Source: Paramoeba atlantica (Eukaryota; Protista; Discosea). From it: a DNA stretch of 64,000 bases. Location of the stretch: contig CDRNVI010000049.1 in the NCBI GenBank assembly GCA_977017575.1, forward strand, positions 124,001-188,000, written 5' to 3'. A program made the position numbers and the translations under genes. Under the pieces are notes generated by a model that saw only the letters and a list, made by a program, of their open reading frames with translations, was not told where the DNA came from and searched no databases. Position 1 is the stretch's first letter. The number at the start of each line of letters is the position of its first letter. This document shows positions 9,365-19,962 of the stretch, piece by piece.

Positions 9365-9926
9365 CATCACACAAGTTTACATGGAAGATAGTGTTCACTT
9401 TGGTGTTGGTACATTCACTCCCATTTTCTTACAAAGGGAAGTTTGAGTGGGCTTCTTGAACAATAATCAATGTTTGATGCAAAACTCTTACCATTTTCAG
9501 AACACTTTTAAAAGTAAGTAGACCTCACCTATTAAAAGAGCTATCCTCAGCAGTATAGCAGCTATTGTATTACATTCTATTTTCTTCGACCTTAAAGATA
9601 CGTGCGCGCTAATTTCGTAAATGATGCAGTAGAGCCAAACCACATGTTCAAAATTTTTCTTCTTATGGACTACACTTACGTTCTATTAGAAATCCCTCGC
9701 ATTCCATCTCCAAAGCAGGCAGTTGGCAGATAAGTACCGTACTAGGAAAAAGAGAGCGAATGCATGTAAAATATGTACATGTATGTATGTACATGTACAT
9801 GTATGTATTTTTTAGGTTTACTTTTTCAACAACGTACAGGGTATCTAACGTTTTCAACAACGTACAGGGTATATCGTTTCTTCTTGCTTTATTTACTTTG
9901 CTATTCTGCCAATACTTCACTGACCT

Positions 9927-11801
9927 ATGCACACGACTAAAACTTTCTCGTCCTCCGAGGAACTTGTTGGAAGCGAATTACGTATTCAAGAAGAACACAC
10001 ACTATCAAACGTAAACCCTTGGCAGGCGTGCCGTTCACGTGGAATCAAATGGGACATCTCGAATGCTCACAATTTCATTATATGGGATTCCACTTGCAGT
10101 CTTCGTGAAAAAATATGCTGGCATTCTTTTTCAAAACCTGAGAACTCGTGTGACATTGTGAACTCCAGAACAGCGGTGAAACCTAGGATCCAAGGCGTTG
10201 CTTTAACACGTAAACGCTACCTTCCAGATTATTTTTTGAGATTAGTGCGTCATGACTTAACTTCTCATCCCGCTCACGGGCAACATGGTTTAGTTGCCAA
10301 GCGACGCATCCCAGAAGGTACGCTATTAATGCCCTACGCTGGCATTGCGCAGCGTGCGGTTCGTGAGATCACTTCTCAACGATTTACTATAAATTTAGGA
10401 TACGAGCACAGTGGTGCAGAAATCGATGCCGAATGGTTAGGAAACATTGCACGATTTGCGAACGATCCCCGAGGCACTTCTTTAGGTTCCAACGTGATGG
10501 CATGCCAACAATTTTCTATTGCCGGTGAACTATTTACTGGAATTGTTAGCACTCGCGTAATAAATGAGGGAGAAGAAATTCTTCTCTCTTACGGCAATAA
10601 ATTTCAGCTTGATCCAATGCCTTTCTTGGCTCCAGGCGGTTATGTCCTAGCGAAAAAGCGTAAACGACTTCCTTTGCATCTGAGTCTCTGTCTTCCTCGG
10701 ATGAACGTGCGTTGGATTTGTCCTCAATGTGGAGAAGACTCAACGCCACTCACAAGGAGTTGCGCATCCTGTGGTGCTCTGTACGTCGAAGGTTGTCGCT
10801 TGCGGGCTGAACCCGCTGCAAAGCCATTGAGCACGAATACGACTAGCGTAGATCGCTTTTGGAGGCATCCTAACACCGTGGAAGGCAAATTTTTTACAAG
10901 TCAAACTTCTCTTGTCCGCGAAGAAAATTGCTCGCAGAAAGAGAATTTAGATACCGCAACAGTACGCCACTGGATGTCTTATTTGAGTTGGATTTTCGCC
11001 AAAAATACTGTCCCAAGCAAAGAGAAAACACAGGAAAAATCAACTTACATAGAAGATTCAAAACCTGTCAATGGATTTCACTCTCTTGCGGCAACGCCCA
11101 CATCGACATGGACTCCTGTTCCCTGGCCCATTGATTTCCCGTTTAGTTTTTGGCAGCTTTGGCATCCTATGGAGCCGATTGATAAAATCATAGCTCTCTC
11201 TGCTCCATTTCGTCCTCAGGCAGCGGTACGTGTGCAGGAGATTCTGGGAACGGATTTCAACAAAGGTCGCGTTCGTGTACTCACCTCCGAGCAACGTGTG
11301 GAGGTAGACACGATGGTTTGTTTTTGTGGAGGCGTCGTCCTCAAAAGCGGAGATTGTCGAATTCAAAAGTGTGACATTCCTCTATGGTTTCGTGCAGAGT
11401 GTTCGTCGTATACATCGTGGTTGTGTATGATTCCGAACAATGAAACACAGTTCCTTGTCCTTGCTGAGACTAGAACGTTGGAAAAAGAAAGTCGGGGAAC
11501 GGTAGACCTGTGGGCCCGCTGCTTTGATAGCAGTAGTGAAGGTCGCACGCCGAGCATCCGTCCTTCGCAAAAGAAGGTTTCTAATCCTTCGTCGTCCAAT
11601 CGGGTTGTAAAAAGCGTTTGTTCAGCAGATGCTCATGCAGTAGCCAACGTAAAAGTTGAATTTCGAAGAGATAACATAGGGTGTTCATACTTAGGTCTCA
11701 TAGCAACACGGACTATACATCCGGGCGAAATATTGGTGCTTACCAATGAACCATACAGGCAGTCATTTGAACTGGAGGCTGCACAGCATATCTTGGAGTA
11801 G
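9927..11801 (+). CDS. SET-domain protein with a RanBP2-type zinc finger and a second degenerate SET domain
   Basis: HGLVAKRRIPEGT ... GNIARFANDP ... VINEGEEILLSYG; WICPQCGEDSTPLTRSCASCG; second SET-like end ANVKV...LIATRTIHPGEIL. Confidence 0.8.
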   Translation: MHTTKTFSSSEELVGSELRIQEEHTLSNVNPWQACRSRGIKWDISNAHNFIIWDSTCSLREKICWHSFSKPENSCDIVNSRTAVKPRIQGVALTRKRYLPDYFLRLVRHDLTSHPAHGQHGLVAKRRIPEGTLLMPYAGIAQRAVREITSQRFTINLGYEHSGAEIDAEWLGNIARFANDPRGTSLGSNVMACQQFSIAGELFTGIVSTRVINEGEEILLSYGNKFQLDPMPFLAPGGYVLAKKRKRLPLHLSLCLPRMNVRWICPQCGEDSTPLTRSCASCGALYVEGCRLRAEPAAKPLSTNTTSVDRFWRHPNTVEGKFFTSQTSLVREENCSQKENLDTATVRHWMSYLSWIFAKNTVPSKEKTQEKSTYIEDSKPVNGFHSLAATPTSTWTPVPWPIDFPFSFWQLWHPMEPIDKIIALSAPFRPQAAVRVQEILGTDFNKGRVRVLTSEQRVEVDTMVCFCGGVVLKSGDCRIQKCDIPLWFRAECSSYTSWLCMIPNNETQFLVLAETRTLEKESRGTVDLWARCFDSSSEGRTPSIRPSQKKVSNPSSSNRVVKSVCSADAHAVANVKVEFRRDNIGCSYLGLIATRTIHPGEILVLTNEPYRQSFELEAAQHILE

Positions 11802-12063
11802 TACCGAAATATTTTTGATGCCCTATTACCCCTCCGACAATACTCATCGTTTCCTCCGCTCAATATTTGTTTTTTTAAAGGTCCTACGAGACCAGTTTCA
11901 TAGATCAAATATTCTTTGAGTGCGTTCATGAATCCATCGTTTTTACCATTCTTCAATTTTCAGGTTGTACGCTCTCAAGATTTTTTTTTGTTTCCCATAA
12001 TACTTATCACCATGAAAGTTTCAGCTGCTCAGAATCTCGTATTGTAGCTACTATCATACTACT

Positions 12064-13146
12064 ATGGATATTGTTCTGACGCATGTGAATGCGAACCATC
12101 CTTTGGCAACTTTTTTTGAGTTAGCTGCGCAGGAGAGACTGATGCTCACACTTCTTTCCGCTTTTAGGCATTTATTTTCAAACTTGGGCGAAGTATCCTC
12201 GTTATGGTTACCGCTGGTACCTTATTCGGAGACTATTTTTATTTCCTTGTGGGCTTTAATAGAGTATCAGTTCTTGCGACTGTACGATGCGACATTCGCA
12301 GAAAACTTTTTCGGATTGCGCAGAGCACTTGTGCTGAAAGAAGGAAGGAAATCTACCTCTGCCGCCAGTAATCAAGCTCCTCAGCACAAACCTGATGTCC
12401 TCGTAGACGAAATTGGACAACGTATACAGGATGATCCCCCCATCGAGATTGAGTTGTCTCGGGAACCTCTATCCAGAGTCAGGCGTTTTTCTTCGCTTCT
12501 TTTTACTGTACTTATTCCCTACCTTCGATCACGTATTGAACACCATGTCCGTATACTTCAAGAATCAGAGCAAGACACAGAAAGACGTCCATTAAGCTTT
12601 CAAGATCGCATACTACTTCGACTTTATCCGTATGTTCATGCTACATGGGAATTTTTCACTCTACTGGACTACGCACTGTACGTGCTTAACCGTTCTTGCT
12701 TTTTTTCGTTCCTCCTGCGTATTCAGCGACTCGCCCTGGTCCGGCTAAAGGCATCGGAGTACCGCCTGCACTCAAAGCGACCCTTTGGTGGCTATTTACG
12801 TTTCTTACTTATTATCCTCGTGCTAACCTACAAAGCGTTGGATTGGTGGCATAGTGAGCGCGACGAAATCTCCGCGCATGATCAAACGGAAGGGGATAGT
12901 AAATCCGGATATCATTCTAAAATACCACCGCCTCCCACGTTGCAACCAACGTGTGATTTGGGAAACCCTTCCGCATGTCCAATATGCCGCAAAAAGATTA
13001 CAAACTCAACACTAAATGTTGCGAGTGGATACGTGTTTTGTTACCCTTGTATCAGACAACACGTGGAAGACGAGGGAAAGTGTCCCGTCACTGGGGTTCG
13101 AACAATTCCTGAGCAATTGCGCAGACTGTACGAACATGCAGGATGA
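12064..13146 (+). CDS. PEX12: Peroxin 12 (peroxisome/glycosome RING protein)
   Basis: N-terminal TFFELAAQERL...FAENFFGLRR (Pex2/Pex12 domain) and C-terminal degenerate RING CPICRKK...SGYVFCYPCI...GKCPVTG. Confidence 0.93.
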   Translation: MDIVLTHVNANHPLATFFELAAQERLMLTLLSAFRHLFSNLGEVSSLWLPLVPYSETIFISLWALIEYQFLRLYDATFAENFFGLRRALVLKEGRKSTSAASNQAPQHKPDVLVDEIGQRIQDDPPIEIELSREPLSRVRRFSSLLFTVLIPYLRSRIEHHVRILQESEQDTERRPLSFQDRILLRLYPYVHATWEFFTLLDYALYVLNRSCFFSFLLRIQRLALVRLKASEYRLHSKRPFGGYLRFLLIILVLTYKALDWWHSERDEISAHDQTEGDSKSGYHSKIPPPPTLQPTCDLGNPSACPICRKKITNSTLNVASGYVFCYPCIRQHVEDEGKCPVTGVRTIPEQLRRLYEHAG

Positions 13147-13373
13147 GCTTGCCTTTTAAGGAAGCGTATCCTAGAAACATCTAATCTTAAACTTTCCTAC
13201 AGTAAAACCACCTGAACATTGAATACATATACATTTGTATTCGATAAAAATGTTTTCTTATAATCATTTTTGTATAAAATGTAAAAACGGTATTTGCAAA
13301 CTTTGAGTCAAAGTCTTTGACATCTGTTCTATATGAGTCCTTAGGCTGTATTTCTCATTCCCCCATCCCACCC

Positions 13374-15116
13374 ATGGTCTGCCCCACCCCTGCCTCCGCT
13401 GCCACGCTACGACAGGGCTTTCACACCCTGATCATTGGAGGCGGCACCGCGGGGTGTGTGTTAGCCTCTCGTCTGTCTCTTTCCGGAATCTCCACCCTGC
13501 TGGTGGAGCGTGGTACCGTGGAGCCCGTCACGTCCTCATGGAAAACACGCATGCCCGCGGCACGACTGATGCACGCCCTCCCCGAGCTTACGAACCCCTC
13601 TCCTCCTTTTTCAACATTTTCAGGAGGCAAGCCTCCATTTATAAAACACAACGTGATTTGTGCTACGGATCAAACCGTGCCGCAGCGGGGATTAGGGGGA
13701 CGTGTGTTACATTCCCATCGTCCTGCAGTTTTAGGAGGACACAGTGCCATTACCTCTTTATCGTACCACCGAGGCATGCCTCAGGAGTACGACGGATGGG
13801 GGATCGACCCCTGGGGTGGGGAAATGTGCGAGGAGGCGTTTGAGGAGCTGGAGAGTCTTCCCCATCAGTGGCTTCCGGAATCTGCAGGGATTGCACTCCC
13901 GGGACTCCCGAAATTGGCGTTATCTCCATGTCAGCCGTTTTCTCCTCTGGCCAGCGGGTTCATGGAGGGTTTCTGTGAGCTTCAAATGGATTATTTCTCG
14001 GAGCTTTCCGCATGTCAAGCGGTGGGTCGTGGTGCGGTCGGGCACACCGAGCTGCGGGTAAATCAAAAAAATGGGGAGACAAGTACTAGTGAGTCCTGCT
14101 GGCTGCGTCGTGCTTTGTCTGATTTCCAGGGAAGTCGGTCACTTACCCTCACGACAGGCACTACCGCGGTGAGGCTACACCTCCGCAGTGAGTCCTCCAA
14201 GGAGGTAACGACCGTGGAAGTTCTTACCCACCAAAACGAGACCGTTTTAGTACCCTGTGAGAGAGTAATCATGTGCGCCGGGGCGATCCAAACCCCTCAG
14301 CTGCTTCAGCTCAGTGGTATCGGCTCCCCGGAACATCTACAATCTCTCGATATTACATGTGAGCTCGCCCACCCACAGGTGGGGGAAAATTTGCATGATC
14401 AATTGGAATTACAAATCCCGTTGGTCGTGAAAAACGACATGAGTCTTAGTCCAATATACAGCCGTCCTGTACAATGGATGGTCTACCTCGAGTGGCTCCT
14501 TCGGCGCAAGGGCTGGGGAACGAGCGATTTTTCTAGCACGGTTTGTTTGCTCCGCACCGACCAGGAGCGAGAAAAGAAGCAACGAGGCATTCCCTCCTCC
14601 GGAATACGTCTGTATCCGTACCCCCGTATCAGGCCTGACACCCAGCACGGATGCACTCTCTCCCTTGAGTTACTGCGACCGCAAAGTCGTGGATGCGTAC
14701 AGATTTCTTCCCCTGAGCTTTCTTGCTCAGAGGTAGACTCGCATAGAAGTTCAATATTCACATTAGACCCCAAATATCTCACGAACACTCGCGACATCGA
14801 TATTATACGGGAAACTCTGGAAGTAGCCCGCAGTTTAGTGGATAGCAACAAATTTCGTAGTTTTATTGTTCCCCCAGAGGAGGACGTTCCCCATGTTTCG
14901 GAGATACGCGATCGCGTGTTGTCACGTTCCCAGATGGGTGGTACGTGTGCGTTAGGGACTGTGGTTGACGCCTCGCTGCTTGTTAAGGGCACACGTAATT
15001 TATACATTTGTGATAGCAGCGTGGTGCCTACACCGATGAGCTGCGGACTCCTTCCCCCTGTTCTGATGTTAGCACATCGTCTGTCGAATGACATCTGCGG
15101 GTTACCCACTTGGTGA
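13374..15116 (+). CDS. GMC (glucose-methanol-choline) oxidoreductase family protein, choline dehydrogenase-like
   Basis: FAD-binding IIGGGTAGCVLASRLS...LLVERG, MCAGAIQTPQLLQLSGIG, VGENLHDQ, LLRPQSRG and V.GTRNLYICDSSV.P. First in-frame ATG at 13374. Confidence 0.88.
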   Translation: MVCPTPASAATLRQGFHTLIIGGGTAGCVLASRLSLSGISTLLVERGTVEPVTSSWKTRMPAARLMHALPELTNPSPPFSTFSGGKPPFIKHNVICATDQTVPQRGLGGRVLHSHRPAVLGGHSAITSLSYHRGMPQEYDGWGIDPWGGEMCEEAFEELESLPHQWLPESAGIALPGLPKLALSPCQPFSPLASGFMEGFCELQMDYFSELSACQAVGRGAVGHTELRVNQKNGETSTSESCWLRRALSDFQGSRSLTLTTGTTAVRLHLRSESSKEVTTVEVLTHQNETVLVPCERVIMCAGAIQTPQLLQLSGIGSPEHLQSLDITCELAHPQVGENLHDQLELQIPLVVKNDMSLSPIYSRPVQWMVYLEWLLRRKGWGTSDFSSTVCLLRTDQEREKKQRGIPSSGIRLYPYPRIRPDTQHGCTLSLELLRPQSRGCVQISSPELSCSEVDSHRSSIFTLDPKYLTNTRDIDIIRETLEVARSLVDSNKFRSFIVPPEEDVPHVSEIRDRVLSRSQMGGTCALGTVVDASLLVKGTRNLYICDSSVVPTPMSCGLLPPVLMLAHRLSNDICGLPTW

Positions 15117-15308
15117 CGGGGTTCTGGTTCAATGCCCTTCGTCATAGCTGCTGTACATACTTTTAATCATAGTAGGTTTATGTTTCATTTTCAAATAAAA
15201 CGGTTTTTCTATTTTTCTTTCCTTGAATACGTAAAAATAGATTGAAGAAATAAGCATGTTGAAGAAAGAGTTTCGTACACTTATCAGACCAAATTTCTCT
15301 ATAATATT

Positions 15309-15911
15309 ATGCACTTCTCAAGTGCCATAGATGTTCCAAGTACGCGCGCAGGTCGGGTTCGCAATGCCCTGCTACCGCCCGAGCACGATTTACAGCAAGT
15401 TATTGCGTATCTCCCTAAGCGCATGAAGTCGTGGACCGTCGAAAATCGCGCGAGTCAGTGGACCGGCATCAAATGTGACGAGCAAGGACGCGTGATTGGC
15501 ATTAACTGGGCGCAAGGCAAACTGCCTGGCCACATTAGTGGAAGACTATGTCTTGATTTTCTCCCCCGGTCAGTACGACAATTACAATTATCGATGAATC
15601 ACCAAGTGGAAGAATTTTACTCAGGCGTTTTTGATTTTACCAAGCTCCCACCACCTTTGGAAACAATGGATCTGTACTACAACGAATTCACGGGGGAGGT
15701 AGATCTTACATCTCTTCCGGAGGGACTTACCTATCTAAATCTTTGCAACAACCTCTTCGGAGGGGAGGTTCATCTTGACAAACTTCCTTCTAGTCTTTCT
15801 TATCTAGATCTAGGGGCGAATCGTTTGCAAGGAAGTATTGAGCGAAAGCAAATACCACCTCAGCTAAATTTACTTTTATTTGAGACGCAAATACGCGTTA
15901 TCAATTCTTAG
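15309..15911 (+). CDS. Leucine-rich repeat protein (short)
   Basis: QWTGIKCDEQGRVIGINW cap plus ~4 LRRs (LP..L..l.L..N.F.G.v.L), same family as the genes at 8393 and 39835. Confidence 0.85.
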   Translation: MHFSSAIDVPSTRAGRVRNALLPPEHDLQQVIAYLPKRMKSWTVENRASQWTGIKCDEQGRVIGINWAQGKLPGHISGRLCLDFLPRSVRQLQLSMNHQVEEFYSGVFDFTKLPPPLETMDLYYNEFTGEVDLTSLPEGLTYLNLCNNLFGGEVHLDKLPSSLSYLDLGANRLQGSIERKQIPPQLNLLLFETQIRVINS

Positions 15912-16204
15912 TTCCGAATCATTAGTGTTAGTTTTCACCGAACCAAGAGTGCATAAACCTGGTTGCTCTGCTGTTGATCGGAAAAGAACTTTTAAACAGA
16001 AAAGTGTGCAAACCTATACCGGGACACCATCCTAACAAATTTCTTAACTTCTTGAGAAAGTACCGAAAGGGCACAATACGTGTATTAAAGGCACGTTATA
16101 GCTTCCCTCATTTTATTAAAAAGTTAGTTGGACTTTTGATGATGAATACTACTTGTAGCTTCTAAACCAATAATGTATATTATACAAGGTAAGTATTTTT
16201 AATA

Positions 16205-16578
16205 CAGGGGGGATCAGCTAATGCTGGGGGGGTCTAAAATTTGTAAACCTTCGCCAATTTTGGAAAATAATAGCACATTCGAGAGCTCTCACACAGCCCT
16301 CCTGTGGAGGATATATCGCTTACCGTGCTTTTGCAGACGACGCATTTTAGAGTCAAAATACGTTTTTTCGACTTGCATTTTGCGATTTTTTCGATTGTTT
16401 TTGAGATTTCTCCTGTTCTCATCATCCATGCCTCAAAGACGAGTATCTTCACGTTCACTTGGAACGACATATCCTCCACAGGAGGGCTGTGTGAGAGCTC
16501 TCGAATGCGCTATTATTTTCCAAAATTGGACAAGGTTTACAAATTTTAGACCTCCCCAGCATTAGCTGATCCCCCCTG
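16205..16578. mobile_element. MITE (374 bp) with ~110-bp TIRs, Tc1 family
   Basis: TA-CAGGGGGGATCAGCTAATGCTGGGG...GAGAGCTCTCACACAGCCCTCCTGTGGAGGATAT at the left end, its near-perfect reverse complement ending 16578, then TA. Confidence 0.92.
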
Positions 16579-16659
16579 TATACAAGTTGTATATTCTTCT
16601 GCTAAAATGCAGAGTGACTGAAAAGCGACTTTCGTAGTAATACAACTCTTCATTTTGAC

Positions 16660-19395
16660 ATGCTGGAGTATTTGGAAAATGAGATGTTTAGTGATGTGGA
16701 GATATATCATCCAGCAAGCTCCACTAAACTGCGCTGTCACGGGATAGTCCTGGCTACCAAATCTGCATACTGGAAACGGCGCTTGGAGGCCTCGGTAACT
16801 TGTTCCCATGAAAGTAAGATTCACAGTGAAACGAATCAATGCAATGGGACATCAAGTTCCCATAGTGCATTGCGTGAGAATACGAACAAGGAAGATTGTA
16901 AGTCAACGCAAAGAAATACTGGGAAAAAATGTTTCTCCCATCAAAACAACAATGAGAGTGAAGGTACAGGAGCTCATTGTGCCTCGTCGTATCGCGTATT
17001 ATTGGAAGATTTACCCTCTTGCATTACAAGCACCACACTGCGTCATGTGATACGATTCATGTACACCGATTATATTGATGTGGTCTCTAAATTTATTATG
17101 GGTACAGCTGGCTGCTGCGATATTGATAGTTCGGTACAAATTAAATCTACAACATCTAGTGAGAGTGGTCCTTATAGAGCTCATTTTCCAGGTGGCGTTT
17201 CTGACGCTTCATTTCCACTACGATCACATACGCCAACTCAATCTATCACCGATCCACTGAGTTCAGTGAGTCAATGCTCGGCTAGTACTTTAGAAAGATC
17301 AAGTCAGAGCACCACATGTTTTCTATCCAGCCAATCACTTCGTTCCTCATCATGCATTCTCTCCGTACGCTCGCTCGACGAAAGTTTCACTTCTCCTGAA
17401 ACCGATACACTAAAGCCAATTTGGGGCGTAGAGGATGAGCGCTGGCTTTCGAGACATCTGCCTTGTATGACTTTTTTGGCGTCTCGCTGGGAGATTTCAA
17501 CTTTTTTTGGTCTGTTAAAAAAAGTTCTTCCCGAGATAATGAAAAAGTGTCCTACGTTTTCTCTGTCTCTCCTTCAAGAATTAAGATTTTCAGAAGCCGA
17601 AGTGTCGTGTGAAGAAAACAATTTGCTCACGGAACTATGCGTTCGCAATCTTACACTATTCGTTAGAATAGATAGGGAGGTGCTCTCCACAACGTATTCT
17701 TCATCCATCACGTATGACGACGCTGTTTCTCATGAAAATACGACCCACCAAAATCAGGTAGCTGCTGCAAAGAAAATTCCGTCCTTTTCACAAGGCAAAT
17801 CATGCGAAAATATGAATGAAATGATAGAGAACGAAGTCACACTATTCTCGGATTTATCTTTCGGAGAGGAATTTATAACTTACACAAATGAGCTTCTCAA
17901 ACCTTCTGAAATGCTACAAGTCGTATTAAACACACAGCGTATTATGGGAGACGTGCAAGACGAAGTGTTTGATGAGGTTGACATATTAAGTGGGACCTCG
18001 TGCGAAAATATCCTGGAACCTAGATTGGGAAATTGTCTTACCACAGAATCTCCACGGCAATTATTGAATCTACAAGTTTCGAAATACCTCTTAAGCTTGC
18101 CACTTGACTGTCTGAATGACCAGGAAAGTCTGTTTCAATTGTGTGAGTCTGTTTCATCGCCACCTCTCGATCTCACCCTTGATCTGTTTCAATTTTCTAT
18201 ACGTATTCAAGAACCAGAACTCACTAACCGGTGTTTGAAATCCATTTCTTCCGATAGAAGTCTGCTGTCAAAACTTTTGCAAAAACATCAAACAGATCGT
18301 ACGTCTAGTCTTACTCCAAACGATCCTGAGCATAATGCTTCCTGTAGTCACTGCTCTCCCCAAAAGGCATACAGTGTTGAATCAGAAAATATACAACGAA
18401 TTCCCTATACAGCAGAAGAATACGCTATTGGGGATTCGAATAAAGAAACATCTCGAACCGCAAAAGACTCTGATACCAGGAAAACCGGAGCCGTACTGCC
18501 AGTTGCTGAAGGTTGCTTTTCGGTTTTTACACGACCACAGCATGAAGTTCCAGTAGAAAATTGCAAGACGCCTGATGCATACTGCACTCCCTCTAGCCAA
18601 ATCCTATCGTTTTGCGCATCATCTAAAGTGATAGGAGCAGCTTCCATGCGTGCTCCCAGTAAACTCCCTTGTAGGCCAATTTTGGAGGAATCCCCTTGTC
18701 TATGCTCCTCCAATTTGCTGAACATTTTGTCTCGCGTTGTTAGTCGAGGTCTTATAGGTGATACTCGGTTCGAATGTCGGGATCTGATAGAGCATTCTAT
18801 TAGCTCATCGTGCAGCATCCCACTAAATCAGGGTCCTAATGTACACGCCTCATCCGAGGAACAAAAGAAAGAAATTGATGTAGCCTTAAGTCAGTTCGAC
18901 GTTGCAGAAAGAGAAATCTTTACTAAAGAGCTTTTGAAGGCTTATTCGCAGCAACAAATACTGCGCAATGTATCTGCATCGAAAGGGGCGACGATCCCTG
19001 AACAAGACATTTTAGATCATTTCACGACCTTTTTAAAGGATTCTGTGTACTACGTTTACGAGCAGAATCAAACGGAACCAAAGCTGACTTCAGGAGAACT
19101 CAAACGATCATTCTTAGAACAACGGGAAGAAATGGGCCATCAAAGAAAACGAATTCGTCGAACCGAAGCTAAAATAAATCATATACGGAATCTTGTGCAT
19201 CGGGATTTATCTGCGAATAAATCTAAATATCAGAACCTAAAGGAGAGGGACACCGACTCTCCTATTCATTCTTTTATTTCTTCAACTAGAAAAAGTTTGA
19301 AACACTTTCGTCTACTTCAAAAGCGTAGAATAGAGGACTTAGATAAGTATCTTAAACAAAGTATGGATCTAATGGAGCAGTGTGTGCATAATTAA
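16660..19395 (+). CDS. BTB/POZ-domain protein with C-terminal coiled coil
   Basis: FSDVEI...LRCHGIVLATKSAYW and TLRHVIRFMYTD are the two halves of a BTB domain, split by an insertion; uninterrupted 911-aa ORF. Confidence 0.72.
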   Translation: MLEYLENEMFSDVEIYHPASSTKLRCHGIVLATKSAYWKRRLEASVTCSHESKIHSETNQCNGTSSSHSALRENTNKEDCKSTQRNTGKKCFSHQNNNESEGTGAHCASSYRVLLEDLPSCITSTTLRHVIRFMYTDYIDVVSKFIMGTAGCCDIDSSVQIKSTTSSESGPYRAHFPGGVSDASFPLRSHTPTQSITDPLSSVSQCSASTLERSSQSTTCFLSSQSLRSSSCILSVRSLDESFTSPETDTLKPIWGVEDERWLSRHLPCMTFLASRWEISTFFGLLKKVLPEIMKKCPTFSLSLLQELRFSEAEVSCEENNLLTELCVRNLTLFVRIDREVLSTTYSSSITYDDAVSHENTTHQNQVAAAKKIPSFSQGKSCENMNEMIENEVTLFSDLSFGEEFITYTNELLKPSEMLQVVLNTQRIMGDVQDEVFDEVDILSGTSCENILEPRLGNCLTTESPRQLLNLQVSKYLLSLPLDCLNDQESLFQLCESVSSPPLDLTLDLFQFSIRIQEPELTNRCLKSISSDRSLLSKLLQKHQTDRTSSLTPNDPEHNASCSHCSPQKAYSVESENIQRIPYTAEEYAIGDSNKETSRTAKDSDTRKTGAVLPVAEGCFSVFTRPQHEVPVENCKTPDAYCTPSSQILSFCASSKVIGAASMRAPSKLPCRPILEESPCLCSSNLLNILSRVVSRGLIGDTRFECRDLIEHSISSSCSIPLNQGPNVHASSEEQKKEIDVALSQFDVAEREIFTKELLKAYSQQQILRNVSASKGATIPEQDILDHFTTFLKDSVYYVYEQNQTEPKLTSGELKRSFLEQREEMGHQRKRIRRTEAKINHIRNLVHRDLSANKSKYQNLKERDTDSPIHSFISSTRKSLKHFRLLQKRRIEDLDKYLKQSMDLMEQCVHN

Positions 19396-19962
19396 TGTTC
19401 ACAGTTCATTTAGCGGATCAGTCTTCATGTTTGGAAATAGGGATTTGGTTCAGAGAGCGATATCTTGCCAAACGATTTGTTTAATAGCAATTACCGTTAG
19501 CTATACCGCATTTACCCGCTAGGTGGGTAATTACCCGACTTACCCGTTTGGGTATGACTTTTCGAATAGCAAAAAGGTCGTTGTCGAGCCAAGGTTGTAT
19601 TGCTGTTTTAGGTGCATTGTGTATTTTTCCGAATCGAACACCGTAGAGAACCAAGAGCATCTGTTTAGCCAATCTCTGCCGTTGTCACCTTCATATTTAT
19701 ATGTAAACGAGAGGGGGACACCTTTCGTGTAGGATGGACTCATAGAGTGTTGACGTAGTTTGTCCTGACGACAAACAGTTCTCAGAGCAACATCGTATGA
19801 CTTACACTGTAATTACATACAGTATATTCAACTCATTCAACACTTTATATCTTTATTATCTAATAGTATTAGATAGTAAATACACTATAGTTCTCGACTA
19901 TTTTGACGGAATAAGTATAGTCTATATTCTCCTAAGAGTGTATATTGAATATCTTTACCCAT

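Noticed and set aside
1421-9872. Short perfect duplications (17 bp at 1421-1454; 22 bp with 28-bp period at 9823-9872) and the TACATG microsatellite at ~9770-9808
   Set aside because: These are ordinary slippage products in AT-rich intergenic DNA with no further structure.
19400-19940. Small ORFs on both strands between the BTB gene and BMS1
   Set aside because: All are under 90 aa, with no motif or coding-like composition.
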